A DNA stretch of 64,000 nucleotides from Candidatus Heimdallarchaeota archaeon (GCA_018238545.1 JABCTC010000001.1:88977-152976); one strand, 5' to 3'. Shown: positions 1-10,008, counted from the stretch's first letter. Notes: generated by a model not told the origin, from the sequence alone. A program made the numbers and translations.

Positions 1-867
1 TGAGAAAGCCTTTATCGCTGCAATGTAATCACCTAAGCTTTCGCATAAAGTAGCTCCAGCTTGTTTAACAGCTGTTTTAAGAGAGTTATAGTCAGTTGCA
101 ATTGAACCTGTATGGCTGCTTGCACTTTTCATTCCCGCAACTGTTCTACCTCCTTTGAGGACTACTGTTGGTTTCTTAGCTGCAAGCTTAACAAGCTTAT
201 TGTAAAACGCTCTACCATCAATAACATTTTCGAGATAAACAGTAACAACTTTAGTGTTCTCATCATCGATAAAATACTGGAGAAGATCTGTAAGGTTAAC
301 ATCTATCATGTTGCCTAGATTGGCAAATTTGGAAAAACCTAATCCTTGCCACCACATTTCATAGAGAATCGCTGCTCCGAAAGAACCTGATTGTGTTACT
401 ATACTCACATTGCCTTCAATCGGCGTTTGAACAAAAGAAGCATTCATACCGATGTCAATATTTTGAATTCCAACGCAATTGGGACCAATCAATCTCATAC
501 CTGCATCCAAACTTCTGCGTTTTATCTCTTGTTCAATTCTTTTACCTTCCTCGTTTATCTCTCCAAATCCTGCTGATACGATAATAACCCGTTTAACTTT
601 TTTCTCAATGCATTGATCAATAACAATCGGAACAGCTTTAGAAGGTACTAAAATAATGGCAAGATCTATATCTTTCTCAACATCCAATACAGATGGGTAA
701 CATTTTAACCCGAAAATTTCTGTTGCTTTTGGGTTGATTGGATAGATTTTTGCTTCCAATTTATCATTTTCTAATAAGTTTGCTGTCACTGCATTACCAA
801 ATTTTTTTGGGTCGCTTGTAGCTCCAATAATTGCTATGGATTTAGGATAAAAGAATTGATGAACCAT
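1..867 (-). CDS. ADP-forming acetate/acyl-CoA ligase alpha subunit (CoA-binding domain), runs off the left window edge
   Basis: Not in the ORF track. The minus strand from 867 reads MVHQFFYPKSIAIIGATSDPKKFGNA..., later YPINPK, GLKCYPSVLD, SQSGSFGA and FSKFANLGNMIDV, all typical of the ACD alpha family. Confidence 0.85.
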   Translation of the reverse strand, partial: MVHQFFYPKSIAIIGATSDPKKFGNAVTANLLENDKLEAKIYPINPKATEIFGLKCYPSVLDVEKDIDLAIILVPSKAVPIVIDQCIEKKVKRVIIVSAGFGEINEEGKRIEQEIKRRSLDAGMRLIGPNCVGIQNIDIGMNASFVQTPIEGNVSIVTQSGSFGAAILYEMWWQGLGFSKFANLGNMIDVNLTDLLQYFIDDENTKVVTVYLENVIDGRAFYNKLVKLAAKKPTVVLKGGRTVAGMKSASSHTGSIATDYNSLKTAVKQAGATLCESLGDYIAAIKAFS

Positions 868-933
868 CTTAATCAATTAGAAGTTATTACCTAACTTTTA
901 TGTTTTTCTCTTCCATCTGAAAATAGAATGTGA

Positions 934-1890
934 TTATTTGAATCCCTTTTGTATGACATATTCGGACAAATCAATATTCAACACTTGAACTACTATACTT
1001 TCTAACATGGTAAAATCTTCCATAGGTTGTACCAACTCGTTTAGTACTTCAATTTCTCTTCTAGCTTCATGTTGACTTTCATCTTTTGCAATAATCATCG
1101 AGTAGATATACTGATCATCTGTCTTAATTATGTACTTATAATCACCAGAAACCATGTATTGCAACATCCCTGTTTTCCCAAATAACCTTTGACTAAAACT
1201 TTCAATTGCAGCTAGAAATCCTGCTAATAAAGAAGGATCTTCCTCAAGCCCAATTTTGTCAATCTCAAGCAGAGGAAAACCATCAATATCTGCAATCATA
1301 AACATAAGTGGGTCTATTTTTCTTTTTGTAGCAAGTTTTGCGGTGTTATTCTTTAACCAGTTTAGAGCATTATGTACATTTTCACCAGTTTTCATGCTAG
1401 TTTTAAAAAATTGATAGGAAGCATTTTCTTTCTTTGCTAAATTATACAAACCCAAGTGATTTATAATCGATTCTAGGTCTAGACTTTCCTTTAAATCTGC
1501 TTTATTGCATAAGAACAAGATTAAGAATTCATCACGATTATCTTTGAGATCGACAATTCGCCAAAATTCTTCTTTAGCTTCATCAAAACTCTCTGGGTCA
1601 GCTGAATCTATCATGAATACTAAACCATAAGCTAATTTTACATAAGATTCCCAAATTGTTTTTCGATAAGATATATGACCTCCAAGATCGAAAATATCAA
1701 ATCTTGCATCTCCTATGTCTGTAGTTTCGAATTGCAAACCCATTGTAGGTTTGGTTTCCTCGAATTTACCAGTCATTATTCGCTTAACAAACGAAGATTT
1801 TCCTGCTTGAGATAAACCTATTACAACTAATGGGATGCCTTTCTTATCAAATTTCATCGCAGTAGGTGCATTCTTCATCTTATCTAACAA
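934..1890 (-). CDS. Arf/Sar1-family small GTPase with C-terminal longin/roadblock-like domain
   Basis: G1 GLSQAGKS, G2 PTMG, G3 DLGGH, G4 NKAD, G5 TSMK; C-terminal LLAGFLAAIESFSQRLFG helix typical of Asgard longin-like domains. Confidence 0.85.
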   Translation of the reverse strand: MLDKMKNAPTAMKFDKKGIPLVVIGLSQAGKSSFVKRIMTGKFEETKPTMGLQFETTDIGDARFDIFDLGGHISYRKTIWESYVKLAYGLVFMIDSADPESFDEAKEEFWRIVDLKDNRDEFLILFLCNKADLKESLDLESIINHLGLYNLAKKENASYQFFKTSMKTGENVHNALNWLKNNTAKLATKRKIDPLMFMIADIDGFPLLEIDKIGLEEDPSLLAGFLAAIESFSQRLFGKTGMLQYMVSGDYKYIIKTDDQYIYSMIIAKDESQHEARREIEVLNELVQPMEDFTMLESIVVQVLNIDLSEYVIQKGFK

Positions 1891-2142
1891 CTTCCCTTTC
1901 AGACATACTTTTATTTCTATTGATATTATTCGTTAGTACAAAATAAAGTTATCTTAATTTGCAATTAGTTTGTTCTTTAATATAAAAAGAAAATTCATTA
2001 AAGAAAAACTGAAACAAAGGTATTAGCTCTCTAAATCACAAATCAATTTTGTCGGTATTTACACCGTGTAAGTTTTGAGGAAAGAGATATATACAACATT
2101 TCACTATTGTATGCTGTACTCGCTGATAGGGTGTGTAAGAAT

Positions 2143-4890
2143 ATGAATAGACAGAATTTAATGAAAACAACTTTCATTATTCTACTTTTGACACTTTCTA
2201 TGATTGGGGTTTCTAATCAAGCTGCTCAAGCTCTAAATTACACTCAAGACCCCTCTACTGAAGAAGTGCAACAAGTAGCAACTGAACCGGCACAAGATCA
2301 AATAGGATTGCAAGACGCGGCTGATACAATTGAAATCTGGATTGTGCAAGATTTTGTGATAACGGTATATGATTTGGCATTGATGGAATGTCATGTGCTA
2401 AGTCTTTATGGAATTGAAATTGAAGCGGATATAGAAGTATGGATACAATATGACAATGGTAGTGTTTTCCTTATCTATCAAGAATCAAGAATACTGTTTC
2501 CTTACTTGGAATATATCTTTAATGTAAATCATACTTTCACGTTAGTAGGTTTCCATTTAGTTAATCTCAAAGTAATGGATATAACAAATAATCAAGAAGT
2601 TACAACAGAGTGCCAATGGGAAGTTATTGATGGTTACGTAGAACTAGCTATTATTCAAGACTACGAAGCTCAAGTCGGAATAGAGGTTAAGATGGAATTT
2701 TATATCTATAATGGGTATCCAGTAGCAAGGGAATATTTCATTGAAGTATTTCTTGATGATGGTTCGGGTCCAATACAAATACATATTGAAACGACAATTA
2801 TTGCAGCATATGATGTACTGATAATAGTAGTTTACTGGACCTTTTCTGTAGCGGGATATTATGAGGTAATGCTAAGAGTTGCTGATGTACCTGAAACAAA
2901 TGAATGGTTTTCTTATTGCCACTGGGAGGTTATGGATGGTTTCATAGATATAATAATTGAGCAAAATTATGAAGCATGGATTGGCATTGAGGAAAGGATA
3001 CAGTTCTGGGTTTACAACTACTATGCTATCGATATTACTGCTGACATCTCTGTTTGGATTGACAACGGAACACATGTAATTCAGATATGTTCTAGAACGG
3101 ATGTAGTAATATATGCTGGAACGTATTTTGTGGATGAAATTTTCTACACATTCATCTATGAAGGATTCTGGGAACTTTATGTAGAAGTTTTTGTAATTGA
3201 ACTCGATATTACGTGGATAGAATTTTGTCCAGAAGGATGGTATGTTTATGGTGGGTTCATAGATGTTTGGATCTACCAACGGTACGAAGTTTTCATTCTT
3301 GAAGAAGCTATAATGTATTGTTGGGTCATAAGTAATTACGCAGTTGATCGTGATATAGCTATTGAAGTGTGGATAAGTAATGCAACGCATAACATCTTGA
3401 TATATGGAGAAACTATGGTTATTACTCCTGGAGAAATGTATAACTTCACGGTATTTTGGACGTTCTTTTACGTGGATTATTGGGATGTAAAACTAGTTGT
3501 TATTGATTTATTCTCAGGAGAGCTGTATGTTGACTACTGTTATTGGTATGTTTATGGAGGATATTTTGATCTCTATATTTACCAAGAATACTATGGATTA
3601 ATCTCTGAAGATCTCTGGATGAGATTTGAGATATATAATTACTACGAAGTAGATAAGACCGTAGAAATTGAAATACTCATCTTCGATGGTGTAAATTATG
3701 TTCAAGTGTATTATATTGTGGACATTGTCAACTCACTTACATTTTGGATCTTGGATCTTTGTTACATATTTGAAGCCGCTGGATATTATGACGTGATACT
3801 AATTGTGACGGAAGTGGATACGGGAGAAGTGTGGATAGAATATTGTTGGTGGTACATCTATGCTGAATATCTAGATATCTGGATTGTCCAAGATATGGAA
3901 GCTTCAGTTGGTGAAGAGGTCCTTATGGAATTCTGGATAGTAAACTACTACTCAATTGAAATGGATTTGACAGTTCAAGTATGGATAAATGATGGAACGG
4001 ATAATGTCTTAGTTTATACTGACACCTCGGTGATAATTGCAGCTAATGGTATTTACTCATTCACGTTGCCTTATACATTCTTATACGCAGGATTTTACAC
4101 CATAACCTTAATTGTAATAGATGTAACAGGTGCTCAATGGTTTGAATACTGTAGATGGGATGTCTATGATGGATTCATTGATGTCTGGATAATTCAAGAC
4201 TATGAAGCTGTTGTAGGACAAGAAGTATGGATGGTATTCTACGCACAGAGTTACTATGGATATGATGTACCCATCTATATAGAAGTGAGAATAGACACGG
4301 GATACGGAATTATAATACTTTATTCAGACACCTTAGATATACTAGCTGGTCAACTACTAATGTGGAATCTAAGTTATATATTCTTGGACCCAGGAATATT
4401 CCAAATCTACTTTGTAATTGTTGAATTACAAACGGGTAATGTTTGGACTGCAGAATGTCGCTGGTATATCCACGATGATGGCTGGTTAGACATATGGATT
4501 GAACAAGGCTTCTATGGAGAAGTAGGAATAAACTATACTATGCAGTTTGGTGTGGGTAATCTGTTCTCAATAGATAAGAATCTGAATCTTGTAGTAAAAA
4601 TAGTTCAAGGAGCTGACTCTTGGATAGCGCATAATGAAACGAAATTGGTATTATCGATGACAACCTATGACTTCTACGTCTATTGGGTATTTGTGAACGA
4701 AGGTTGGTATGACGTTTACTTCATAGTTACTGATGTCACCACTGGAACCGTTAAAATAGTTGATTGCTGGTGGAAGATCGAGAAACCCGTTATACCTGAA
4801 TTCGGTGTCATAACTCTATTACCGTTACTAGGCGCTCTTTCTGCAGCGGTTTATTTAGCATTCAGAAGGAAAAGAAAACTAACTCACTAA
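2143..4890 (+). CDS. Secreted/surface protein with 8 tandem ~102-aa beta-rich (Ig-like) repeats and PEFG-TM-basic C-terminal anchor
   Basis: Signal peptide after ATG 2143; 8 repeats starting (F/Y)xD/ExxIxQ and ending CxW; ends VIPEFG + hydrophobic helix + RRKRK. Confidence 0.8.
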   Translation: MNRQNLMKTTFIILLLTLSMIGVSNQAAQALNYTQDPSTEEVQQVATEPAQDQIGLQDAADTIEIWIVQDFVITVYDLALMECHVLSLYGIEIEADIEVWIQYDNGSVFLIYQESRILFPYLEYIFNVNHTFTLVGFHLVNLKVMDITNNQEVTTECQWEVIDGYVELAIIQDYEAQVGIEVKMEFYIYNGYPVAREYFIEVFLDDGSGPIQIHIETTIIAAYDVLIIVVYWTFSVAGYYEVMLRVADVPETNEWFSYCHWEVMDGFIDIIIEQNYEAWIGIEERIQFWVYNYYAIDITADISVWIDNGTHVIQICSRTDVVIYAGTYFVDEIFYTFIYEGFWELYVEVFVIELDITWIEFCPEGWYVYGGFIDVWIYQRYEVFILEEAIMYCWVISNYAVDRDIAIEVWISNATHNILIYGETMVITPGEMYNFTVFWTFFYVDYWDVKLVVIDLFSGELYVDYCYWYVYGGYFDLYIYQEYYGLISEDLWMRFEIYNYYEVDKTVEIEILIFDGVNYVQVYYIVDIVNSLTFWILDLCYIFEAAGYYDVILIVTEVDTGEVWIEYCWWYIYAEYLDIWIVQDMEASVGEEVLMEFWIVNYYSIEMDLTVQVWINDGTDNVLVYTDTSVIIAANGIYSFTLPYTFLYAGFYTITLIVIDVTGAQWFEYCRWDVYDGFIDVWIIQDYEAVVGQEVWMVFYAQSYYGYDVPIYIEVRIDTGYGIIILYSDTLDILAGQLLMWNLSYIFLDPGIFQIYFVIVELQTGNVWTAECRWYIHDDGWLDIWIEQGFYGEVGINYTMQFGVGNLFSIDKNLNLVVKIVQGADSWIAHNETKLVLSMTTYDFYVYWVFVNEGWYDVYFIVTDVTTGTVKIVDCWWKIEKPVIPEFGVITLLPLLGALSAAVYLAFRRKRKLTH

Positions 4891-4920
4891 TCTCTTTTTC
4901 TTTTTTTCTTTTTTATTTTA
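4891..4920 (+). terminator. Oligo-T archaeal terminator
   Basis: T-rich tract directly after the stop codon. Confidence 0.5.
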
Positions 4921-4929
4921 ATAATTTCT

Positions 4930-5021
4930 AATACCATTGCAATAGATCTTTAAAATTCGTTTTTCGCTTGATTCTATCTTATATGGCGGACTAAAATGAT
5001 AAGATTTTTTGTAACAGGATC
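4930..5021 (+). repeat. Diverged direct repeat of the promoter and first 9 codons of the gene at 5916 (partner 5850-5941)
   Basis: ttgattctatcttatatgg..ctaaaatg shared at an offset of 920 bp; MIRFFVTGS* versus MKKYFVTGSYG. Confidence 0.85.
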
Positions 5022-5162
5022 TTGAAGAAGTGTAAGTAATTCTTCAAATGTAGGTTCTTCCTCTTCTTTCCACATAGCGAACAATTTTTCTTTCACAGTT
5101 TATAACTATTATTCAGATTCTATTAAGTGAAAGAATTTTTATATTAAGATTGTGAGTAGAAG

Positions 5163-5489
5163 ATGATTAGATTGACAACCATTGAATCAAAAGAAGATGA
5201 TAAGGTTACTCTTTATCTAGAAACTTTAAGGAAATATCAAGAAGAAATCGAACAAAAGTTCAAAGTTAACTATCTAGGTATTTTTGGTTCATTTGTTAGG
5301 TCCGAGCAGAAAGAATGTAGTGATATTGATATTTTAGTTGAATTCTTTGAAACTCCTAGTCTATTTCAATTTATTCGATTAGAAAACTACTTGAGTGAAA
5401 TACTAGAAATAAAAGTAGATTTGGTAATGAAAGAAGCTCTCAAACACAACATAGGAAAGAGGATTCTCAAGGAGGTTATAGAAGTATGA
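5163..5489 (+). CDS. MNT (minimal nucleotidyltransferase) antitoxin
   Basis: GIFGSFVRSEQKECSDIDILVEF motif; 108 aa; overlaps the HEPN gene. Confidence 0.9.
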   Translation: MIRLTTIESKEDDKVTLYLETLRKYQEEIEQKFKVNYLGIFGSFVRSEQKECSDIDILVEFFETPSLFQFIRLENYLSEILEIKVDLVMKEALKHNIGKRILKEVIEV

Positions 5490-5851
5490 ATTCTAAACGA
5501 ATATACAGTGATTATTTAGAAGACATTATTGAATCAATTTTGAAAATTGAGGAATTTACAAAAGACATGAACTACATTCAATTCAAAGATGATTCAAAGA
5601 CATCATATGCAGTCATTCGAGCTTTTGAAATTATCGGAGAAGCAGCAAAAAAAATCCCAAATGAAATAAAGTACAAATATGCAAATCTCCCATGGAAAGA
5701 AATAGCAGGAATGAGAGATAAGCTAATACATGCATATTTTGGTGTGAATCTAGAAGTGGTCTGGAAAACAGTAATACAAGATATTCCTCATTTGAAACCT
5801 TTAGTTCTGGAAGTCATAAATGAGGAGAAAAAAGACAAAAACTCATCATAA
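5486..5851 (+). CDS. HEPN (DUF86/HepT) toxin
   Basis: EIIGEAAK and GMRDKLIHAY (RxxxxH) motifs. Confidence 0.9.
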   Translation: MNSKRIYSDYLEDIIESILKIEEFTKDMNYIQFKDDSKTSYAVIRAFEIIGEAAKKIPNEIKYKYANLPWKEIAGMRDKLIHAYFGVNLEVVWKTVIQDIPHLKPLVLEVINEEKKDKNSS

Positions 5852-5915
5852 TGACAATACAATAAATTTTTAAAATTCATTTTTTGTTTGATTCTATCTT
5901 ATATGGTGAACTAAA

Positions 5916-6872
5916 ATGAAAAAATATTTTGTAACTGGATCGTATGGCCAAATAGGCATGGATTTGATTCCCGCAATGTTAGAACGTTATGGAAAAGAAA
6001 ACGTTGTAGCCACTGGCCGAAAAAAGATTAATCCTACATTCAAAGAATTAGATGTTATCTATCACCGTTTAGACGTTAGGGATGAGTATGGTCTTCGAAA
6101 TCTGTTAGTTGAATATGATATTGATATCATCTTACATAATGCTTCAGTTTTATCTGCAACTGGTGAGAAAAATCCTCAGTTAGCTCATTCAATAAACTTT
6201 GAAGGTTTTTATAACGTTCTAGAAGCATCTAGAGAATTAAACATTGAGCAGCTATTTGTTCCCTCCTCTATCGCTGCTTTTGGACCCACGACCCCCTTGG
6301 TGAATACCCCTAATACAACTATAATGGAACCCTCTAGTATTTACGGGATTTCGAAAGTTTATATTGAATTAATGGGTAGTTATTATAACAAAAAATATGG
6401 TCTGAATTTCAGGAGCTTAAGATATCCTGGTGTTCTAAGTCCTGAAGAACCAGGAGGTGGCACAACAGATTATGCTATCTGGATTTTCTATGAAGCTCTC
6501 AAGAACATGAAATATACTTGTTTCTTAAGTGCAGACGTTACCTTGCCTATGATGATGATGTCAGACTGCTTAAAATCAACTTTTGACTTGATAGAAGCTG
6601 ATGATTCCAAGCTCAAACATCGATCATTTAATGTTACAGGTATGAGTTTCAATCCAGAAGAACTAGCCAATGAAATCAACAAATACCTCCCTGATTTCAA
6701 AATCGATTATGAGCCTGATTTCCGCGATGCTCTCGCTCGTTCTTGGCCTCAATCACTTGATGATAGTGTTGCAAGAGAAGAATGGGGTTGGGAACCTGAG
6801 TTGCCTTTTGAGAAAATGGTTCCAGCTATGTTAGATGGTGTTAGTGAGAGATTAGGTATTTCTTACAAATAA
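5916..6872 (+). CDS. L-threonine 3-dehydrogenase-like NAD-dependent epimerase/dehydratase (extended SDR)
   Basis: TGSYGQIG, LSATGEKNP, YGISK and GGGTTDYA motifs. Confidence 0.85.
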   Translation: MKKYFVTGSYGQIGMDLIPAMLERYGKENVVATGRKKINPTFKELDVIYHRLDVRDEYGLRNLLVEYDIDIILHNASVLSATGEKNPQLAHSINFEGFYNVLEASRELNIEQLFVPSSIAAFGPTTPLVNTPNTTIMEPSSIYGISKVYIELMGSYYNKKYGLNFRSLRYPGVLSPEEPGGGTTDYAIWIFYEALKNMKYTCFLSADVTLPMMMMSDCLKSTFDLIEADDSKLKHRSFNVTGMSFNPEELANEINKYLPDFKIDYEPDFRDALARSWPQSLDDSVAREEWGWEPELPFEKMVPAMLDGVSERLGISYK

Positions 6873-6972
6873 TCCTTCCTTTCTTCTATTTTTCTTTTTA
6901 TTTACAATGGTTTAAAAATGCCTATGAGCTAATTTCAGGAGAAGAAGTTAAATTCTTCAGGGGCATTTCAAC

Positions 6973-8466
6973 ATGAAAAAAGGCTGGAAAATCGTTTTAG
7001 GGATTTCATTAGGATTAATTTTTATTGTCTCTTCGTTATTAGTAGTTCAAATGATTTGAATAACCACGGTAGATTATGAATGGTTGGAAGGAGAACCTGA
7101 AGACTATGGATTCAAATGGAATAAAATAGCTGCTACACGTCTTGTTGCCGAACAGATGCCCTATCTATCTTAGAAGTGTGCTTATCTTACGCACGTCATG
7201 AAACTTGGTCAAACTTGCCAGAGGCGGTCTAACCGTCGTTTAAGTGGGTCCCCTCACGTGCGTTGAGGGGAAGAATCATGAGGATCATGATTGGGAAAGG
7301 AATGAAGGGAGTGCGCATTTACTCCGACAACATTCCTGTCATTGCGCTTCGTGCTGTATGGTTCAAGCTTTATTAACTGAGGGATAAGTGTTCAAACACT
7401 TGCGAACCATAAACATGACGAGTTTTCGCCAAGCACTACCCATATATCAGCACTTTCCTATATAAACTCGTAGAAAAATGGGAGAAAATTAGAGAGGTAT
7501 TAACCATCATCACCTCAACATGCAATGATGAAAGCTCAGAGACTTCTGGCAAGATTGAATAAGATTTTAATCAGCTGTTGCTTACGGCTCAATGATGGGA
7601 CGTACTATGGAGCTAATCATATACATTCAGCATCAAAAAGTTTCATATCGGCGTTGATAGGTATAGCAATAAGAGAAGGTTACTTAACGGATTTGGATCA
7701 AAAGATACAAGATTACTTCCCAGAATATGTCGATTTAGCTCTAGAATCAATCAAGCAAGATATCACCATTCGTCACTTACTACAGATGAAAGCTGGATTT
7801 AATTTCAATGATTCAGCTGATGAATGGTATGATTATGCTTACAGTGCAAATTGGGTTAACTATGCTTTATCCTTACCTTTAACACATGATCCAGGAGAAA
7901 ATTGGCATTATTGTACACCTCAATCAAACTTGCTTTCTGTAATATTGACAAGAGCAACTAACATGAGCACAAAAGCCTTTGCTGACCAATTTCTTTTCGG
8001 TCCAATGAATATATCAATAAATTACTGGAGACAAGATCCTCAAGGTTACTACACTGGTGGGCATGAGATGTACTTTACTCCGAGGGATTTAGCACAATTT
8101 GGTCTACTTTATCTTAATAATGGTTCATTAAACGGAGAACAGATTGTTCCTGCTGAATGGGTGATAGAGTCTACTCAAGATTACGCTGTTGGTTTGGTAG
8201 AAACTGATGTTGCAATGACTGGTGGATTGGAATCTGATTTCTATAAAGGCACTGGCTATGGTTACCAATGGTGGTTGAAAGAAATGAGAGGGTACCGATC
8301 TTATTCGGCTCGTGGTCTTGGTGGTCAGTTTGTTTTCTGTTTTCCAGAACTAGATATGGTTGTTGTTACAACAGCTTCTGGAGATATTGTCAATGCCTAT
8401 CCTGGACAATATGAAGGAATAATTGACTTAATTGAATACAATATTTTGGGATCGATAATAGATTAA
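6973..8466 (+). pseudogene. Serine hydrolase (beta-lactamase/AmpC family), disrupted by an in-frame TGA, a small duplication and a ~400-bp insertion
   Basis: 5' part MKKGWKIVLG...QMI*ITTVDYEWLEGEPEDYG...MPYL then frameshifted RSVLILR; 3' part resumes at ~7590 with SASK (SxxK), YCT, YGYQWW and ARGLGGQ. Confidence 0.8.
7193..7435 (-). ncRNA. Putative structured ncRNA within a mobile-element remnant (omegaRNA-like hypothesis; strand inferred from a TATA box)
   Basis: GC-enriched; hairpins cccctca/tgagggg, aatcatga/tcatgatt, ggaatg..ggagt/actcc..cattcc, aagtgtt/aacactt, atggttc/gaaccat; closing stem cttgg..aaact/agttt..ccaag; TTTATATA on the minus strand at ~7459-7466. Confidence 0.55.
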
Positions 8467-8587
8467 CTTCTGTTTTATTTGCATTTTTTAGATATCTAAA
8501 ATATGATTACTATTTCAGTTAATCATAGCTTGGGTTGTCCGGCTTTAAACAGATTTCTTTATATATATTCAATAAGAGAATGCAACT

Positions 8588-9595
8588 GTGGAAACTCTAG
8601 TAATTGTTTTAATTGTTATATCGGTTATATTGGTTATCCTTATACTCCTACGAATTGCTTTTGTTAGATGGAAAAAATCCGCATCTAGAGTTATGGACGA
8701 TGGAGATGTAATGGAAACAGCTATGGGGAAGCTGCATTACAAACTCTCTGGAAAGGGTCCTGTGTTATTTTTTATGCATGGCGGACCGGGAGGAATAGAT
8801 CAGGCTATCTTAATTGATAGTATGATTGAGCTAGGTTATTCAATACTGAGTGTTTCAAGGCCCGGATATCTAAGAACCCCCTTTGTTCCTCTATCTTATG
8901 AGGAGCAAGTAGATCATTATGTGGAATTGCTGGACAAATTAGAAATCGATAAGGTTGTTCCCATGGGATACTCAGCTGGTGGTCCTCTTGCACTCAACTT
9001 TGCTAATAAATACCCCGAGAGAACTCATGCTCTTATTATGGAAGCTGGTGTAAGTACCGAATATAATATGCCAAGTGGAGCACCGGATTCAATTTGGATG
9101 AAACTCTTTCAGAGTAAGGGTATACAAGATTTCTTGAGCTGGCTTACCGTAATATTTGTTAGAATAGCATTCAAAATGACATTCAAGAGTATAATCAGAC
9201 TGGAAACCTCACTTGACAAAGAAAGCATAAAGAAATTTACTGATCTGGTTTCAAATGATAAGGAGAGAAGAGAGTGGATAATGAGCTTTATGGATACAAC
9301 TGTTCCGATGAGTCTAAGAAAACTTGGCTTGAATCATGATATAGACCTCTTATTTTCCATCGAGAATATTCCAGTTGATAATATAAGCGCAAAAGCATTA
9401 TTAATCTATAGTAGAGACGATAATGATGTCAAGTGGTTAAATGCTGAATATCTCGAAAGCAATCTCAAAGATTTCGAGTTAATGGAGACACACGGTGGTC
9501 ATTTCATGTGGGTAGGAGAGGATATGGATAAAATAAAAAATAAAAGAATTGAATTTTTAAAATCAATAAATTTCGCAAAATTTATAGAAATTTGA
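8588..9595 (+). CDS. Membrane-anchored alpha/beta hydrolase
   Basis: N-terminal TM helix, HGGPGG, GYSAGG nucleophile elbow, C-terminal GGH. Confidence 0.9.
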   Translation: METLVIVLIVISVILVILILLRIAFVRWKKSASRVMDDGDVMETAMGKLHYKLSGKGPVLFFMHGGPGGIDQAILIDSMIELGYSILSVSRPGYLRTPFVPLSYEEQVDHYVELLDKLEIDKVVPMGYSAGGPLALNFANKYPERTHALIMEAGVSTEYNMPSGAPDSIWMKLFQSKGIQDFLSWLTVIFVRIAFKMTFKSIIRLETSLDKESIKKFTDLVSNDKERREWIMSFMDTTVPMSLRKLGLNHDIDLLFSIENIPVDNISAKALLIYSRDDNDVKWLNAEYLESNLKDFELMETHGGHFMWVGEDMDKIKNKRIEFLKSINFAKFIEI

Positions 9596-10008
9596 TGAAT
9601 AAGTAATGCACAGAATTTATATTTTTATATGAAATTATTCTTTTCTAGCTCCTTTAAATACCATTTTGCTGATTCTTGGATAGCGATATAGCAAGAATCA
9701 AGTCAAAGACATGGCTTACAAAGAGTAGCTCTTTGCGTTTTTGTTTTGATTTCAATCGCTAAAAATACAGGTGAAAAATATGACTGTATCTCAAGCAAAA
9801 TTTCAATTACCAAAGAGTCCGCTCATTGGTTTTCGTCTTAATCCCAAGTATAAACACTGGTGATGGTTATAGGTTCCAACATATAAAATGGAGAGATTAC
9901 ATTCAATTATATCTCAAATAATACGGAATAAGACCATATGTAAGCGGATCAGTAGAAAGAAATGCTTTTATCGCAATAAATACATAGAAATAACATACAA
10001 AGAACTAG

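Noticed and set aside
112-584. Short plus-strand ORFs here, and the many other 60-170 aa antisense ORFs in the track
   Set aside because: They are shadows of longer recognisable genes on the opposite strand or in another frame
7057-7059. In-frame TGA in the hydrolase 5' part as selenocysteine or genetic-code reassignment
   Set aside because: The same gene also has a frameshift and an insertion, and TGA is a normal stop in other genes here
9600-10000. Possible decayed coding sequence between the hydrolase and PAP2 genes
   Set aside because: No sustained reading frame or recognisable motif
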